A stretch of 64,000 bases of DNA from NCBI GenBank assembly GCA_048938105.1, contig JBHLMN010000007.1, forward strand, positions 128,001 through 192,000. The letters are read 5' to 3'. Positions 9,620 through 19,314 of the stretch are shown piece after piece. The position numbers and the translations under genes were made by a program. The stretch comes from Promethearchaeota archaeon. Lineage in GTDB: Archaea; Asgardarchaeota; Heimdallarchaeia; Hodarchaeales; Hodarchaeaceae. The notes beneath the pieces are model-generated. The model worked only from the letters and a program-made list of their open reading frames with translations, was not told the origin of the DNA and did no database searches. Position 1 is the first letter of the stretch. Every line of letters starts with the position of its first letter.

Positions 9620-10648
9620 TCATCCATGTTCATGAGTGCGTGGAGTCTTTCTAGAGAGCTTCCGTTTATCTATTACCACGTCACCTCTTCGATGGTCGTC
9701 ATGAGCAACATGTGAATGAGGGGTATCTGATTGTAGGCATTCAGGATCTTCACAAGACCCCTCATCAATAATTTCTCCACAATATGGGCATTCTGTTGGC
9801 AAGTGAGCCAAATGAGAGAAACGTCGTTTGGGAGAGATAAAAAATGAAATAAGGAATATTAGTGTAATTAATGTAACAATTGTAGATCCAGAAGGCAGAT
9901 CAAACACTACTGAAAGGTATAATCCTCCAACAGTTGAAAAAACTCCAAAAATCCCAGCTAAAAATAGTAAGCGATTAAATTTGAAAGTAAGTTGGTAAGC
10001 AGCTGCCGCAGGAGTTACAATCATCGCAAAGACTAATATGGCACCAATTGCTTTTAATGAGACTGAAATTGTCATTGAAACTAAAACCAAGAAGATGTAT
10101 GTTAATAATCGAACAGGAATACCAGAGACTCGCGCCGATTCTTCATCAAAAGTCATGAAATATAGCTCCTTTTTAATCACAAAAATCACAATGATGATTA
10201 AAAAGCTAAAAAAGATTAATAGATTGAATGTATTTGGACTAATTATCAGAATGTTACCGAAGAGTATTGAGGGGACATCAGTGCTGTACACTGGCATAAG
10301 ACTAATGAACAGAATAGCTAATGCCATGAAAAAAGAAAATATGACACCAATTATGATTTCATCTTTCATCATTTTCTTTTCATTTACATAACCAATACTA
10401 ATCGAGGATATTATTGAAAAAAGCATGATCACTAATAACGGATCCCAACCTAGTAGAATTGCTAAAGCTGCACCAGCAAACGCAGAATGGGCAATTGCCT
10501 CCCCCAAAAAAACCATTCCTCTTAATAGCACAAATGATCCAATCAATGCACAAATAATTCCAATCAAAATAGCAGCGATGAGTGCTTTTTGCATAAATGG
10601 ATATTGGAGATATTCCCAGAAGGCATTGGGATTAAAGATGATTTCCAT
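9620..10648 (-). CDS. znuB: Zn/Mn ABC importer permease (ABC-3) with Cys/His-rich C-terminal tail
   Basis: GEAIAHSAFAG, ILFGNIL, FDEESAR, IGAILV, TPAAAA, PSG; ATG 10648 is 11 bp after the regulator stop. Confidence 0.9.
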   Translation of the reverse strand: MEIIFNPNAFWEYLQYPFMQKALIAAILIGIICALIGSFVLLRGMVFLGEAIAHSAFAGAALAILLGWDPLLVIMLFSIISSISIGYVNEKKMMKDEIIIGVIFSFFMALAILFISLMPVYSTDVPSILFGNILIISPNTFNLLIFFSFLIIIVIFVIKKELYFMTFDEESARVSGIPVRLLTYIFLVLVSMTISVSLKAIGAILVFAMIVTPAAAAYQLTFKFNRLLFLAGIFGVFSTVGGLYLSVVFDLPSGSTIVTLITLIFLISFFISPKRRFSHLAHLPTECPYCGEIIDEGSCEDPECLQSDTPHSHVAHDDHRRGDVVIDKRKLSRKTPRTHEHG

Positions 10649-10659
10649 GACGAAAGAGT

Positions 10660-11118
10660 TCACTCTGAATATCCCCCTTCTTCTATTTTGCTTTCTGCCG
10701 TGCAAAGGTTTCCTGCTTTGATGGCCTCTTTTAATTCACAATCATCTTGATGAAATTTAGTAATAGCCTCAATAAATTCACAAGAAACAATTGGTGTTAA
10801 TCTTAATGCAACTTTTCTTCTTACTGATGCGGTTAGATCTAATGTCTCTTGAAAATAATTTTCAAGCAAATGCATATGCCAAGTTATATGTAAAGCATGT
10901 TCCTTTCCTATCTCAGTTAATCCTACTAATTTATGGGGTTCCCATGAGATTAGCTTATTTTTTTGTAGTTTTTTGATTAAAGAATGGAGAGTTTGACGAC
11001 TACGATCGAAATGATATTCTTCATTTAATATTTGAAACAAATCTCCAGCACGAATGGGTCTTTCCCAATCATAAAGAAATAAAAGAATAAGTTTTTCCGA
11101 ATCAGAGAGGCCAACCAT
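10660..11118 (-). CDS. DtxR/MntR-like metal-dependent transcriptional regulator (no FeoA domain)
   Basis: wHTH (IKKLQKNKLISW...LTEIGK) followed by HMHLLENYFQETL; first gene of the metal ABC operon. Confidence 0.75.
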   Translation of the reverse strand: MVGLSDSEKLILLFLYDWERPIRAGDLFQILNEEYHFDRSRQTLHSLIKKLQKNKLISWEPHKLVGLTEIGKEHALHITWHMHLLENYFQETLDLTASVRRKVALRLTPIVSCEFIEAITKFHQDDCELKEAIKAGNLCTAESKIEEGGYSE

Positions 11119-11151
11119 GATTCATCAACAAAATAGACTGGTTTTCACTTT

Positions 11152-11171
11152 GACTTTTAAATATGAAAGTC
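11152..11171. promoter_or_regulatory. Imperfect palindrome GACTTTTAAATATGAAAGTC overlapping a TATA-like box; candidate operator
   Basis: 8 of 10 complementary pairs; lies between the divergent regulator operon and znuA. Confidence 0.4.
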
Positions 11172-11301
11172 GTTTGAAGATTTTTTCCATAGGTTGATAA
11201 ATTTTTCCATTACAAAATATTTTTTAAAGAAACTTTAATTTAGTGAAACGATTTATCTTAAATTATTTTCTTACAAATTATAGCATAATTAAGTGGTTTA
11301 A

Positions 11302-12345
11302 ATGCTGAATAAAAGGAACCAGATATTTTTAACAGTTATAACCTTTATATTCCTATTTATTAATGGATTACTAGTAACAAAAGCAGCTAATCCTGATTTT
11401 CAGCAAGATTCTAATTTAAAAGTTGTTGTATCATTATCAATGATTGGTGATTGGGCTCAAAATGTAGCTGGGGATGTATTCACTGTTACCAATATTGTTA
11501 GTGGTCTCGAGAATCCCCACACATATGACCCTAAAGCTTCAGAGGTAGCTACTGTTGCTAGTGCTGATCTTTTTATCAGATTTGGCCTTTCAGGTTTAGA
11601 ACCTTGGGTAGATTCTGTTCTTCAATCAAGTTCTCCAACAAGAATTTTGACTTTAATTAATGTCTCGATTGAAGAATATATGGAATATGACCCTGTAATT
11701 GGTAAAAAGAACCCACACGTTTGGATGAGTCCCATAAACGCAAAAGATATGACATTTAAAATCTATCAGGCATTTGCACAACTTCTACCAGAAAATGATG
11801 CCACTCTTTACAATAATTTTCTTTCCTATCAAAAAGATCTCGATGATTTACTAAACCGAATTGACCAAGCTAAAGAGTCTTTTAATGGTACCAAAGTAGT
11901 AGTTCATCACCCTGCGTTTATTTATTTTTTAGATCTACTTGGTTTGGAACGAATCGGTGCGATTGAAGAGGTTGAAGGTGCTGAGCCTTCAGCAGCTCAC
12001 GTTGCTGATTTGTCAGATAAAATGCTACAAGAAGAATGTAAACTTATTATCAATCAACCTCAATTAGATAAGGAAGATGTTGAAGCGTTAGCACTTGACA
12101 CTGATTCACAAGTTGCTGTATTAACTCCATTACTGGGAGTAGAGGTTGAAGATTCTCTTAAAGCTGAATATGGAGATACAATAGATAATTACATTGAAAT
12201 GTTTGACTATAACCTCTATAAATTAGCACATCCTTATACTCCTTCAATTAAAAACACCCCAGGTTTCGAATCAATCTCATTCTCAAGTTTCCTCTCAATT
12301 TTTATTGTATTGGTGATTTCTCGAAAGAGAAGAAAAAATTCATAA
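11302..12345 (+). CDS. znuA: Zn/Mn ABC substrate-binding protein (ZnuA/TroA family) with PGF-CTERM-type anchor
   Basis: NPHTYDP, NPHVWMSP, HHPAFIYF, GAEPS; signal peptide; TPGF-TM-RKRRK C-terminus. Confidence 0.9.
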   Translation: MLNKRNQIFLTVITFIFLFINGLLVTKAANPDFQQDSNLKVVVSLSMIGDWAQNVAGDVFTVTNIVSGLENPHTYDPKASEVATVASADLFIRFGLSGLEPWVDSVLQSSSPTRILTLINVSIEEYMEYDPVIGKKNPHVWMSPINAKDMTFKIYQAFAQLLPENDATLYNNFLSYQKDLDDLLNRIDQAKESFNGTKVVVHHPAFIYFLDLLGLERIGAIEEVEGAEPSAAHVADLSDKMLQEECKLIINQPQLDKEDVEALALDTDSQVAVLTPLLGVEVEDSLKAEYGDTIDNYIEMFDYNLYKLAHPYTPSIKNTPGFESISFSSFLSIFIVLVISRKRRKNS

Positions 12346-12370
12346 TCAGAATATTGTAAAAAGCATATTA

Positions 12371-13243
12371 ATGGTAGATCATTTACGAAGAATTACAAAG
12401 GATATACATCTAGTTAAGGGGAAAAATAATGGAAAATTTCCATTTTCTCATTCTATTATCTTCAATAATTCAAAAGAAACAATCTTAATTGATACGGGAT
12501 GTGGCATTGAAAATCTCCAAACACTAAAAGAAAAATATAATATTTATCGTATCATCAATTCACATACTCATCCAGATCATTCTGCAGGTAATTGGATATT
12601 TAAAAACAATGTTGAGTCTATTGAGGTTCCTATACAAGGATTTAATACAAGTGGAGATATTCTAGCATTATCTAACCGATTTACTGAACCTGGAGACATT
12701 GCAAAATACTGGAGAGATAATATTCCAAAAATTATGGGAATGAAAGATTGTAAACCGACTCTTAGCTTTGATAGCAAATCAGAATTTGATTTTGGAGACG
12801 TTAAGCTCCTCCCCATTTATACACCAGGACATACCATTGACCATTATTGTTTTTATGAGCCAAATGATCAAATTTTGTTCTCCTTCGATATAGACTTAAC
12901 TTCTTTTGGTCCTTGGTACGGCCACATCGAGTCAGATATCTCACAATTTAAAGAGTCAATTACTCGAATTAAAGAGCTAGAAATTAAAATTCTTATTTCA
13001 TCTCATAAAGGTATCATTACAAAGAATATTTATAAGCAATTGGATGAATTTTATAGAAAGATTGAGGAAAGGACTGTAAAAATACGTGGTTTATTAAAAA
13101 GAGGAGTACTTACAATTGATCAACTTGTAGAAGAAAAGCCAATTTATGGAGAATTTCCCTATGTTGAACCTTTGCTTCGTTATTGGGAAACACAAATGAT
13201 TAAAAAACATTTAGTAGAAATAGAACAGAATATTCGGGGATGA
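12371..13243 (+). CDS. MBL-fold metallo-hydrolase
   Basis: IDTG, SHTHPDH, TPGHT, SSH. Confidence 0.88.
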   Translation: MVDHLRRITKDIHLVKGKNNGKFPFSHSIIFNNSKETILIDTGCGIENLQTLKEKYNIYRIINSHTHPDHSAGNWIFKNNVESIEVPIQGFNTSGDILALSNRFTEPGDIAKYWRDNIPKIMGMKDCKPTLSFDSKSEFDFGDVKLLPIYTPGHTIDHYCFYEPNDQILFSFDIDLTSFGPWYGHIESDISQFKESITRIKELEIKILISSHKGIITKNIYKQLDEFYRKIEERTVKIRGLLKRGVLTIDQLVEEKPIYGEFPYVEPLLRYWETQMIKKHLVEIEQNIRG

Positions 13244-13250
13244 ATAAGTA

Positions 13251-13685
13251 ATGGCTAAACGTTTACGCGTTGCATACCTTGAACGATGTGTGGGATGTTA
13301 CCAATGTGTTTTGGCTTGTGCTAGAGTCAATGAAAAAGTATTAAGCGTGGATCGCACCTCAATAACGGTGAGAACTGTAGGAGGGTATGAAGGAGCATTT
13401 GCCGTAGTTGTTTGTAGAGGCTGCCTTGACCCACCATGCGTTCCTGTTTGTCCTATAGTAGGGGCAATTCGACCTAGAGAACACGGAGGAGGAGTTATTA
13501 TCGATCGAGAAATTTGTGATTCTACAAAGTGTAATCATGAATGTGTGAAAGCATGTCCGATACCAGGAGCGATCCATATTGATCAAGATCTTCACAATGC
13601 GATTGCATGTAGACAATGTAGTATTTGTACAAAATTCTGTCCAACAGGTGTTTTAATAATGGAGGAACCAAAACCTGGATTTTAA
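13251..13685 (+). CDS. Multi-[4Fe-4S] ferredoxin-like subunit (AOR partner)
   Basis: CVGCYQCVLAC, CRGC..PPCVPVCP, C..CVKACP, CRQCSICTKFCP. Confidence 0.9.
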   Translation: MAKRLRVAYLERCVGCYQCVLACARVNEKVLSVDRTSITVRTVGGYEGAFAVVVCRGCLDPPCVPVCPIVGAIRPREHGGGVIIDREICDSTKCNHECVKACPIPGAIHIDQDLHNAIACRQCSICTKFCPTGVLIMEEPKPGF

Positions 13686-13697
13686 GAGGGAAAATAA

Positions 13698-15476
13698 ATG
13701 GATGAGATTCCACAGGACATTCTTGAAATTGATCTTAGCTCACAGAAAGCAAACCGTTACGCAAAACCAGATTTATTCTCCAAATGGATGGGAGGTATCG
13801 GACTTGCAGTAAATTTACTAGAAAAGCACGTACCATCAAATGCAGATCCTTTAGGAAAAGATAATGCAATTATATTCGCCATTGGCCCTTTATCCACATT
13901 TTATCCCATTGCTTCTAAAACAGTTGCCGTTTTCAAAAGCCCACTCACGGGCGATCTAGGTGAATCATACGCAGGTGGCCGTTTATCTCTTGCAATGCGC
14001 TTTGCAGGGTTAGGAGCCATTATTATTAAAGGGCAAGCGGAAAAATCATGTTTTATTACCATTATTGATGAAGAAGTCGAAATTAAACGCGCTGGACCTC
14101 TTGCATACATGTATACTTCGACTCTCGGTAGAGTTTTACGTGAACTGGTTCCAGTAGGTCCAGGAAGACGGTCATCGATTCGAATAGGCCAAGCAAGTGA
14201 AAACCTTGTCAAATATGGGAATGTAATCGTTGATAGTTTTCGTCATTTTGGTAGACTTGGAGTGGGAGCCGTACTTGGCGCCAAGCGATTAAAAGCTATC
14301 ATCATTAGCGGAACCAAAGACATTCCTCTCTCAAACATTGATCGTCGAAGTTATCAAAAAACCTACAAGAATATCTGGAATCAATGTGTTAATACAGACA
14401 GTATGAGAAAATATCATGTTTTGGGTACTCCTCAAAGTGTTTTACCATTAAATGAACTCAATTCTTTACCAACAAAGAATTTCAAGTTTGGACGGTTTGA
14501 AGGAGTAATGGGTATTTCAGGTGAAAAATTTGTAGAAACATATCTTGGTAGACGAGTATCCTGTAATACATGCCCAGTAGGGTGTATTCACATTGCAATT
14601 CTTCGAGAACATTACGGTGTAGATTCTCCAGCTGATTTACACTCACTTGCTGTTCCTTATGATTATGAACCCATGTATGCTCTTGGTTCTAATCTTCAGA
14701 TTAGTGATGGAACAGAATTATTGAAATTGATAGAACAAACTGAACGATTAGGAATAGATGCCATTACGGTTGGAGTGATTTTGGGATGGCTAGCAGAGGC
14801 ATTTGAGAAAGGATTATTAACTGAAAAAGAAACCAAGGGATTGTCCATTAGATTTGGACATGTAAATGACTTTATAGAAGTTATTAAAAGAATAACATAT
14901 CGAAATTCTGAAGATAAAGATCTCTATTGGTATGCTGGAGAGGGATTAAATCAGCTAGTAGAGAAATATGGTGGAAGTGAATTTGCAGTTCGTTTTAACA
15001 ATAACCCACCCGCTGGGTACTCAACTGGTCCTTACAGCATAATTGGCCATGCTATTGGAGCAAGACATTCGCATTTAGATAATGCAGGATATTCGTTCGA
15101 CCAAAAATTTCTTGGGAAGAAGATTTCTCCTACGGACGCAGTTTTAAATCTAGCTAAAGAGGAGGAATGGAGAAATATACTAAATTCATTAATAATTTGT
15201 TTGTTTGCAAGGAATATCTACACTCCCCAACTAGTAAAGGAATGTTTACGGAATCTTGGTACTGATAAAACAGAGAATGAGCTATTAGAATTAGGATTAG
15301 AAATTCAAAAATTAAGGATTAAAACGAAAAAACGATTTGGATTCAGTTATGATACTTTAATCAAAGAAATACCAGACCGTATTTATGAGATGCCAACAGC
15401 TCATGGAAACCTCTCTAAGATCCAGTTAATGGACCTTTTCAACGCTTATGAAGTTCTTCTAACGGAGAGATATTAA
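13698..15476 (+). CDS. aor: Aldehyde:ferredoxin oxidoreductase family (tungstopterin) protein
   Basis: KSPLTG..GESYAGG, GRLGVGAVLGAKRLKAI, SCNTCPVGC, YEP, GIDAI, LIICLF. Confidence 0.92.
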   Translation: MDEIPQDILEIDLSSQKANRYAKPDLFSKWMGGIGLAVNLLEKHVPSNADPLGKDNAIIFAIGPLSTFYPIASKTVAVFKSPLTGDLGESYAGGRLSLAMRFAGLGAIIIKGQAEKSCFITIIDEEVEIKRAGPLAYMYTSTLGRVLRELVPVGPGRRSSIRIGQASENLVKYGNVIVDSFRHFGRLGVGAVLGAKRLKAIIISGTKDIPLSNIDRRSYQKTYKNIWNQCVNTDSMRKYHVLGTPQSVLPLNELNSLPTKNFKFGRFEGVMGISGEKFVETYLGRRVSCNTCPVGCIHIAILREHYGVDSPADLHSLAVPYDYEPMYALGSNLQISDGTELLKLIEQTERLGIDAITVGVILGWLAEAFEKGLLTEKETKGLSIRFGHVNDFIEVIKRITYRNSEDKDLYWYAGEGLNQLVEKYGGSEFAVRFNNNPPAGYSTGPYSIIGHAIGARHSHLDNAGYSFDQKFLGKKISPTDAVLNLAKEEEWRNILNSLIICLFARNIYTPQLVKECLRNLGTDKTENELLELGLEIQKLRIKTKKRFGFSYDTLIKEIPDRIYEMPTAHGNLSKIQLMDLFNAYEVLLTERY

Positions 15477-15533
15477 CATATTCTAAGTGACACTAGTTGA
15501 GAGGATTGAAATAGGAAAAAAGGGGGAGGTGAC

Positions 15534-16361
15534 TTAACTAGTTTGCGCAACCTGTTTAGCTTTTCGATTAATCATCATATTACCAAGCCAGATGAATACA
15601 ATAGAGAAAATAAAAGCAATTATTGGTACTCGAAATAGAATATTATTCGTTGGTTGCAACCAAAGCACGAGTAACATTGCTACAAGACTAGGTAGGAATA
15701 AGTATGCTCCAGTTCTTAATACCCAAAAACCGTTAGTACCATATTTTGGGCGATAGCGTCGGGGTAAACCTCCAAAGGATGCAACATCACCAATAATTTG
15801 ATCAATTTGCATATTAGAAGGTATAGAAGGAAAATAAACGATCAATCTCTTGAATTTCCTTCGAAATATACCGAATGTAATGAGATCAAATACTCCAAGT
15901 AGCAGTGCTAATCCTAGTTCTATTCCTAAAGCTATCATTGGTCCTATGATTGGTGCCAAATATATCAATAATAATACTACAGCAATGATTAGGAAGAAGA
16001 TGACTATTGCTCCTAACGAATCACTACTCGCATCACAATCACCACTTCCAGAACAGTCTACATATCTACAATCACCAGTTTTAGAGGTTTCTTTACGTGA
16101 TCTTCCTTGCATTGATGTACGTTTACGATCAGAAGGATACTTTGATGACCGACCACATTGGTAACCACCACACCAATAGTACCCATGCCAACAGGATTCT
16201 TCTATTAAATAATAAGTTTCACCCTCTCCAAATATCCGCCCTTTCTCACGAGAACAGATCGTGTCACGACTAGCTAATGGGAAAATTTCAGCTTTTACTC
16301 CTTGATTAGTACAGATCTCTCGCAAGGTGTTTTCATCAATACCATTAAATTCAATTTCCAT
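15534..16361 (-). CDS. Hypothetical membrane protein with Cys-rich segment before the first TM helix
   Basis: Long ORF with about 4 TM segments; CWHGYYWCGGYQC...DCRYVDCSGSGDCD. Confidence 0.65.
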   Translation of the reverse strand: MEIEFNGIDENTLREICTNQGVKAEIFPLASRDTICSREKGRIFGEGETYYLIEESCWHGYYWCGGYQCGRSSKYPSDRKRTSMQGRSRKETSKTGDCRYVDCSGSGDCDASSDSLGAIVIFFLIIAVVLLLIYLAPIIGPMIALGIELGLALLLGVFDLITFGIFRRKFKRLIVYFPSIPSNMQIDQIIGDVASFGGLPRRYRPKYGTNGFWVLRTGAYLFLPSLVAMLLVLWLQPTNNILFRVPIIAFIFSIVFIWLGNMMINRKAKQVAQTS

Positions 16362-16382
16362 AATTAATACCCCAATAATGAT

Positions 16383-17411
16383 TCACAAACAGAATCTGTT
16401 TTTAATTATACGAAGTGCTTTGATATCACCAAATAATAATAATTTAGATCCAGGTTCAATTTTATCTTCGCAATCAGGATTAGCGGTTTTATCGATAGCT
16501 AAAATTGAGACGTTGTATAACTCCTCAAGAGTACCAACTTTCACAGGATCAAATTGGGAATTTAAAAGTAATTCCATTAGATGATATTCAATCTCACCCT
16601 TTTTAGATTTCAGAGTCTGAATGATCCCATCATCAAAACTTGTAGCGATAAAGGCTGGAGCAGCAATCGCAGAAGTACTGATTGCTGCATCTATATCAAA
16701 TAAACCAGTGACTTTTGATGCAAAATCTTGATCAAAAGCACGAATCACAGTTCGTAACCGTGGGTTTAATTCCTTCGCTTTTGTAGCAATCTTAAAATTT
16801 ATCATATCATCATTAGTAACAGCTAACAGAGCTCGAGCTTCAGTGACATTGGCCTGTTTTAAAACTTGATTTTCAGTAGCATTTCCGAATATAACTGCTA
16901 CATTGGAACTTTCCTGCATCTGTTCGACGAATTCAGTTCTTTTTCCATTCTCTTGAATAATGACTGCCGTAGGAATTCCATCTTCAATTAATTCAGTCAG
17001 GATACGAGTTCCAACGTTTCCTAATCCCACCAATATAGTATGTTCCTTCATTGTCTTAGCCATCCATATATTCCAAGCATTCAACCGGTATCTGGCAGTA
17101 AAAGCAACCATACCAACCTCTATAATTCCAATTCCAATGATTATTAATCCTAAGAAGGGATAGACAACGTAAACTAGTTTTAGTATTAGTTCTCCATCGT
17201 GGGGAAAGCTAAAAACTTCCATTGATAATAATAGTGAAATAGAAGCAAGAATTGAATCAATGACATCCCCTGTGAATTTTGGATCAAAAGCTGAACTGTA
17301 AAAAAGTTGGAATATCACAGTACCACAAATAATCGTGGTTAATAGAAGCACTAGAACCCCCTTCAGCTTACTAAAAGCCAAAATAAAGCTGCGTAAAAAG
17401 ATTTTAACCAT
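16383..17411 (-). CDS. Two-TM channel-like protein with TrkA-N (RCK) and TrkA-C domains
   Basis: Two TM helices, GLGNVG, GNAT..VLKQANV, TNDDMIN, C-terminal IEPGSKLLLFG. Confidence 0.8.
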   Translation of the reverse strand: MVKIFLRSFILAFSKLKGVLVLLLTTIICGTVIFQLFYSSAFDPKFTGDVIDSILASISLLLSMEVFSFPHDGELILKLVYVVYPFLGLIIIGIGIIEVGMVAFTARYRLNAWNIWMAKTMKEHTILVGLGNVGTRILTELIEDGIPTAVIIQENGKRTEFVEQMQESSNVAVIFGNATENQVLKQANVTEARALLAVTNDDMINFKIATKAKELNPRLRTVIRAFDQDFASKVTGLFDIDAAISTSAIAAPAFIATSFDDGIIQTLKSKKGEIEYHLMELLLNSQFDPVKVGTLEELYNVSILAIDKTANPDCEDKIEPGSKLLLFGDIKALRIIKNRFCL

Positions 17412-17532
17412 TTTTATGGTTCCTTTACCGAATCATCTGAACAACAATTTAAAGCAAAAGTGATTTTATTAGATTTGCTGTAATTGAAAGGAATTTGTAC
17501 ACTCTGATTTAGTATGTTATAAGGGATGAGTC

Positions 17533-18369
17533 ATGCGACGTCTAATTGTTGGTGGCAACTGGAAAATGTCAATTACACATGTAGGAGAAGCGGAACGAAT
17601 TGCAAAAAACATCGCGAATGCTCTAGTTAGCATTACTTCTGTGGAAGTATTCATTGCGCCTTCTTTTAATGCATTATACACCATTGGACTGGCACTCGCG
17701 AAAACAAAAATAAAACTCGCAGGCCAAAATATCCATTTTCAAGACAAAGGGGCTTTTACGGGGGAAACATCGATTCTATCTCTTATAGATGCTGGGTGTG
17801 AATATGTTATTTTGGGGCATAGCGAACGACGACGGATATTTGGGGAAACAAATGAGATAATTAACCTGAAAGTTCTAAAAACGATTGAGAAGGGTCTTAA
17901 ACCAGTCTTATGCATCGGAGAAACAGCAAAAGAACGCGCTGAAGACCGTGTAATGGAGGTTAATCAAAGCCAATTAACTGGTAGTCTTAAGAATATTTCA
18001 GAACAACAACTAAAGAATGTGATCATTGCTTATGAGCCAGTATGGGCAATCAACAATAAATTCTTGAATCCAGATGTTGAAATTAAACCTGCAACTCCCC
18101 AACAGGCAAGTGAAGCCCATACAATTGTTCGTGATTGGATTAGAAATCATTATAGTAATGCTGCAGCAGAAAATACACCCATAATTTATGGAGGATCAAT
18201 GAAAGAATCAAATGCTGCAGAATTATTAGCTATTGAGGATATTGATGGTGGTTTAGTAGGTGGAGCATCTTTATCTGCAGAATCTTTTGTACCTATTATT
18301 AGAATCGCAGAAGATCTCTCTGATACTGAATATGTGTGGGAAGGTTCAACTTTGAAGTTTAAAGATTAA
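17533..18369 (+). CDS. tpiA: Triosephosphate isomerase, bacterial/eukaryotic type
   Basis: GNWKM, GAFTGE, LGHSERR, LCIGE, AYEPVWAI, IYGGS, DGGLVGGASL. Confidence 0.93.
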   Translation: MRRLIVGGNWKMSITHVGEAERIAKNIANALVSITSVEVFIAPSFNALYTIGLALAKTKIKLAGQNIHFQDKGAFTGETSILSLIDAGCEYVILGHSERRRIFGETNEIINLKVLKTIEKGLKPVLCIGETAKERAEDRVMEVNQSQLTGSLKNISEQQLKNVIIAYEPVWAINNKFLNPDVEIKPATPQQASEAHTIVRDWIRNHYSNAAAENTPIIYGGSMKESNAAELLAIEDIDGGLVGGASLSAESFVPIIRIAEDLSDTEYVWEGSTLKFKD

Positions 18370-18558
18370 TACATTCCGAATTTTCTTATACTATAAACAT
18401 TCATGTTAAAGTTAATAGTAATGCAATTCTGACAATCAAAACAATAAGTATTTTACTTCTAAATATGACACTTGTCTTATGTAAATTTTTTATAGTCATG
18501 TATATACTTGCTATTAGCGCGGTTATTTGATATAATTAACCTTCAAGGAGTGTTTATT

Positions 18559-18768
18559 ATGAGTGAAGCAACATATAAGGTCATCCAATTAGTGGGTAGC
18601 AGCCCAAATAGCTGGGAAGAGGCTGTTAAAACCGCTGTTGAAAAAGCTTCTAAAACTCTTCGGGATCTACGGATTGTAACGGTCGATGAACTAGATTGTA
18701 GAGTTGAGGAGGGTAAGATAACAGCATATCGTGCCAGAGTACGTCTTAGTTTCAAAATGGAAGAATAA
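18559..18768 (+). CDS. Dodecin (flavin-binding/storage protein)
   Basis: YKVIQLVGSSPNSWEEAV...AYRARVRLSF; 69 aa from ATG 18559 after an AAGGAG RBS. Confidence 0.9.
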   Translation: MSEATYKVIQLVGSSPNSWEEAVKTAVEKASKTLRDLRIVTVDELDCRVEEGKITAYRARVRLSFKMEE

Positions 18769-18794
18769 AGTCAATATTAACGGTTTTAACACCA

Positions 18795-18815
18795 TTCTCT
18801 TCTTTTTTTCTTTTT
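18795..18815 (+). terminator. Oligo-T terminator after dodecin
   Basis: ttctcttctttttttcttttt about 27 nt after the stop. Confidence 0.5.
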
Positions 18816-18879
18816 AGATTTATTATCCTATTACTTATCAGTAAGTTGCTTACTAAGTATCAAATCATGGAGATTTCTT

Positions 18880-19314
18880 ATGAGTAATAGAAAATACCCA
18901 AAAAGACCTTGGGTTAGTGCTCATGCCATCATTTTCGATCCTAAGAAAAGGATCCTATTAACTAAAAGGGCTGCACCCCCAAAACAGAATTATTGGTTCC
19001 CTCCAGGTGGAGCTATTGATGTGGGAGAAACAGTAGAAGAAGGAGTAAAAAGAGAGATTCTAGAGGAAACTGATATCATTGTTAATAATTTACGATTTAT
19101 TGATTTTATTGATGGTATTACACGCAATACAGAAGGCAAAGTTATTTATCATTTTGTAGTCTTTATGTTCTCCGCTGATTATCTGGAAGGCACAATTAAA
19201 GCCAAAGATGATGCTTTAGAGGTCAAGTGGGTATCAATTCAAGATATTCTATCGGAGAGAGTTTTAGTTCCGAAAGAATTACTATTAATTCTACAAAAAA
19301 TCAATGATCAATAA
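18880..19314 (+). CDS. NUDIX hydrolase (ADP-ribose pyrophosphatase-like)
   Basis: Nudix box GGAIDVGETVEEGVKREILEET. Confidence 0.9.
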   Translation: MSNRKYPKRPWVSAHAIIFDPKKRILLTKRAAPPKQNYWFPPGGAIDVGETVEEGVKREILEETDIIVNNLRFIDFIDGITRNTEGKVIYHFVVFMFSADYLEGTIKAKDDALEVKWVSIQDILSERVLVPKELLLILQKINDQ

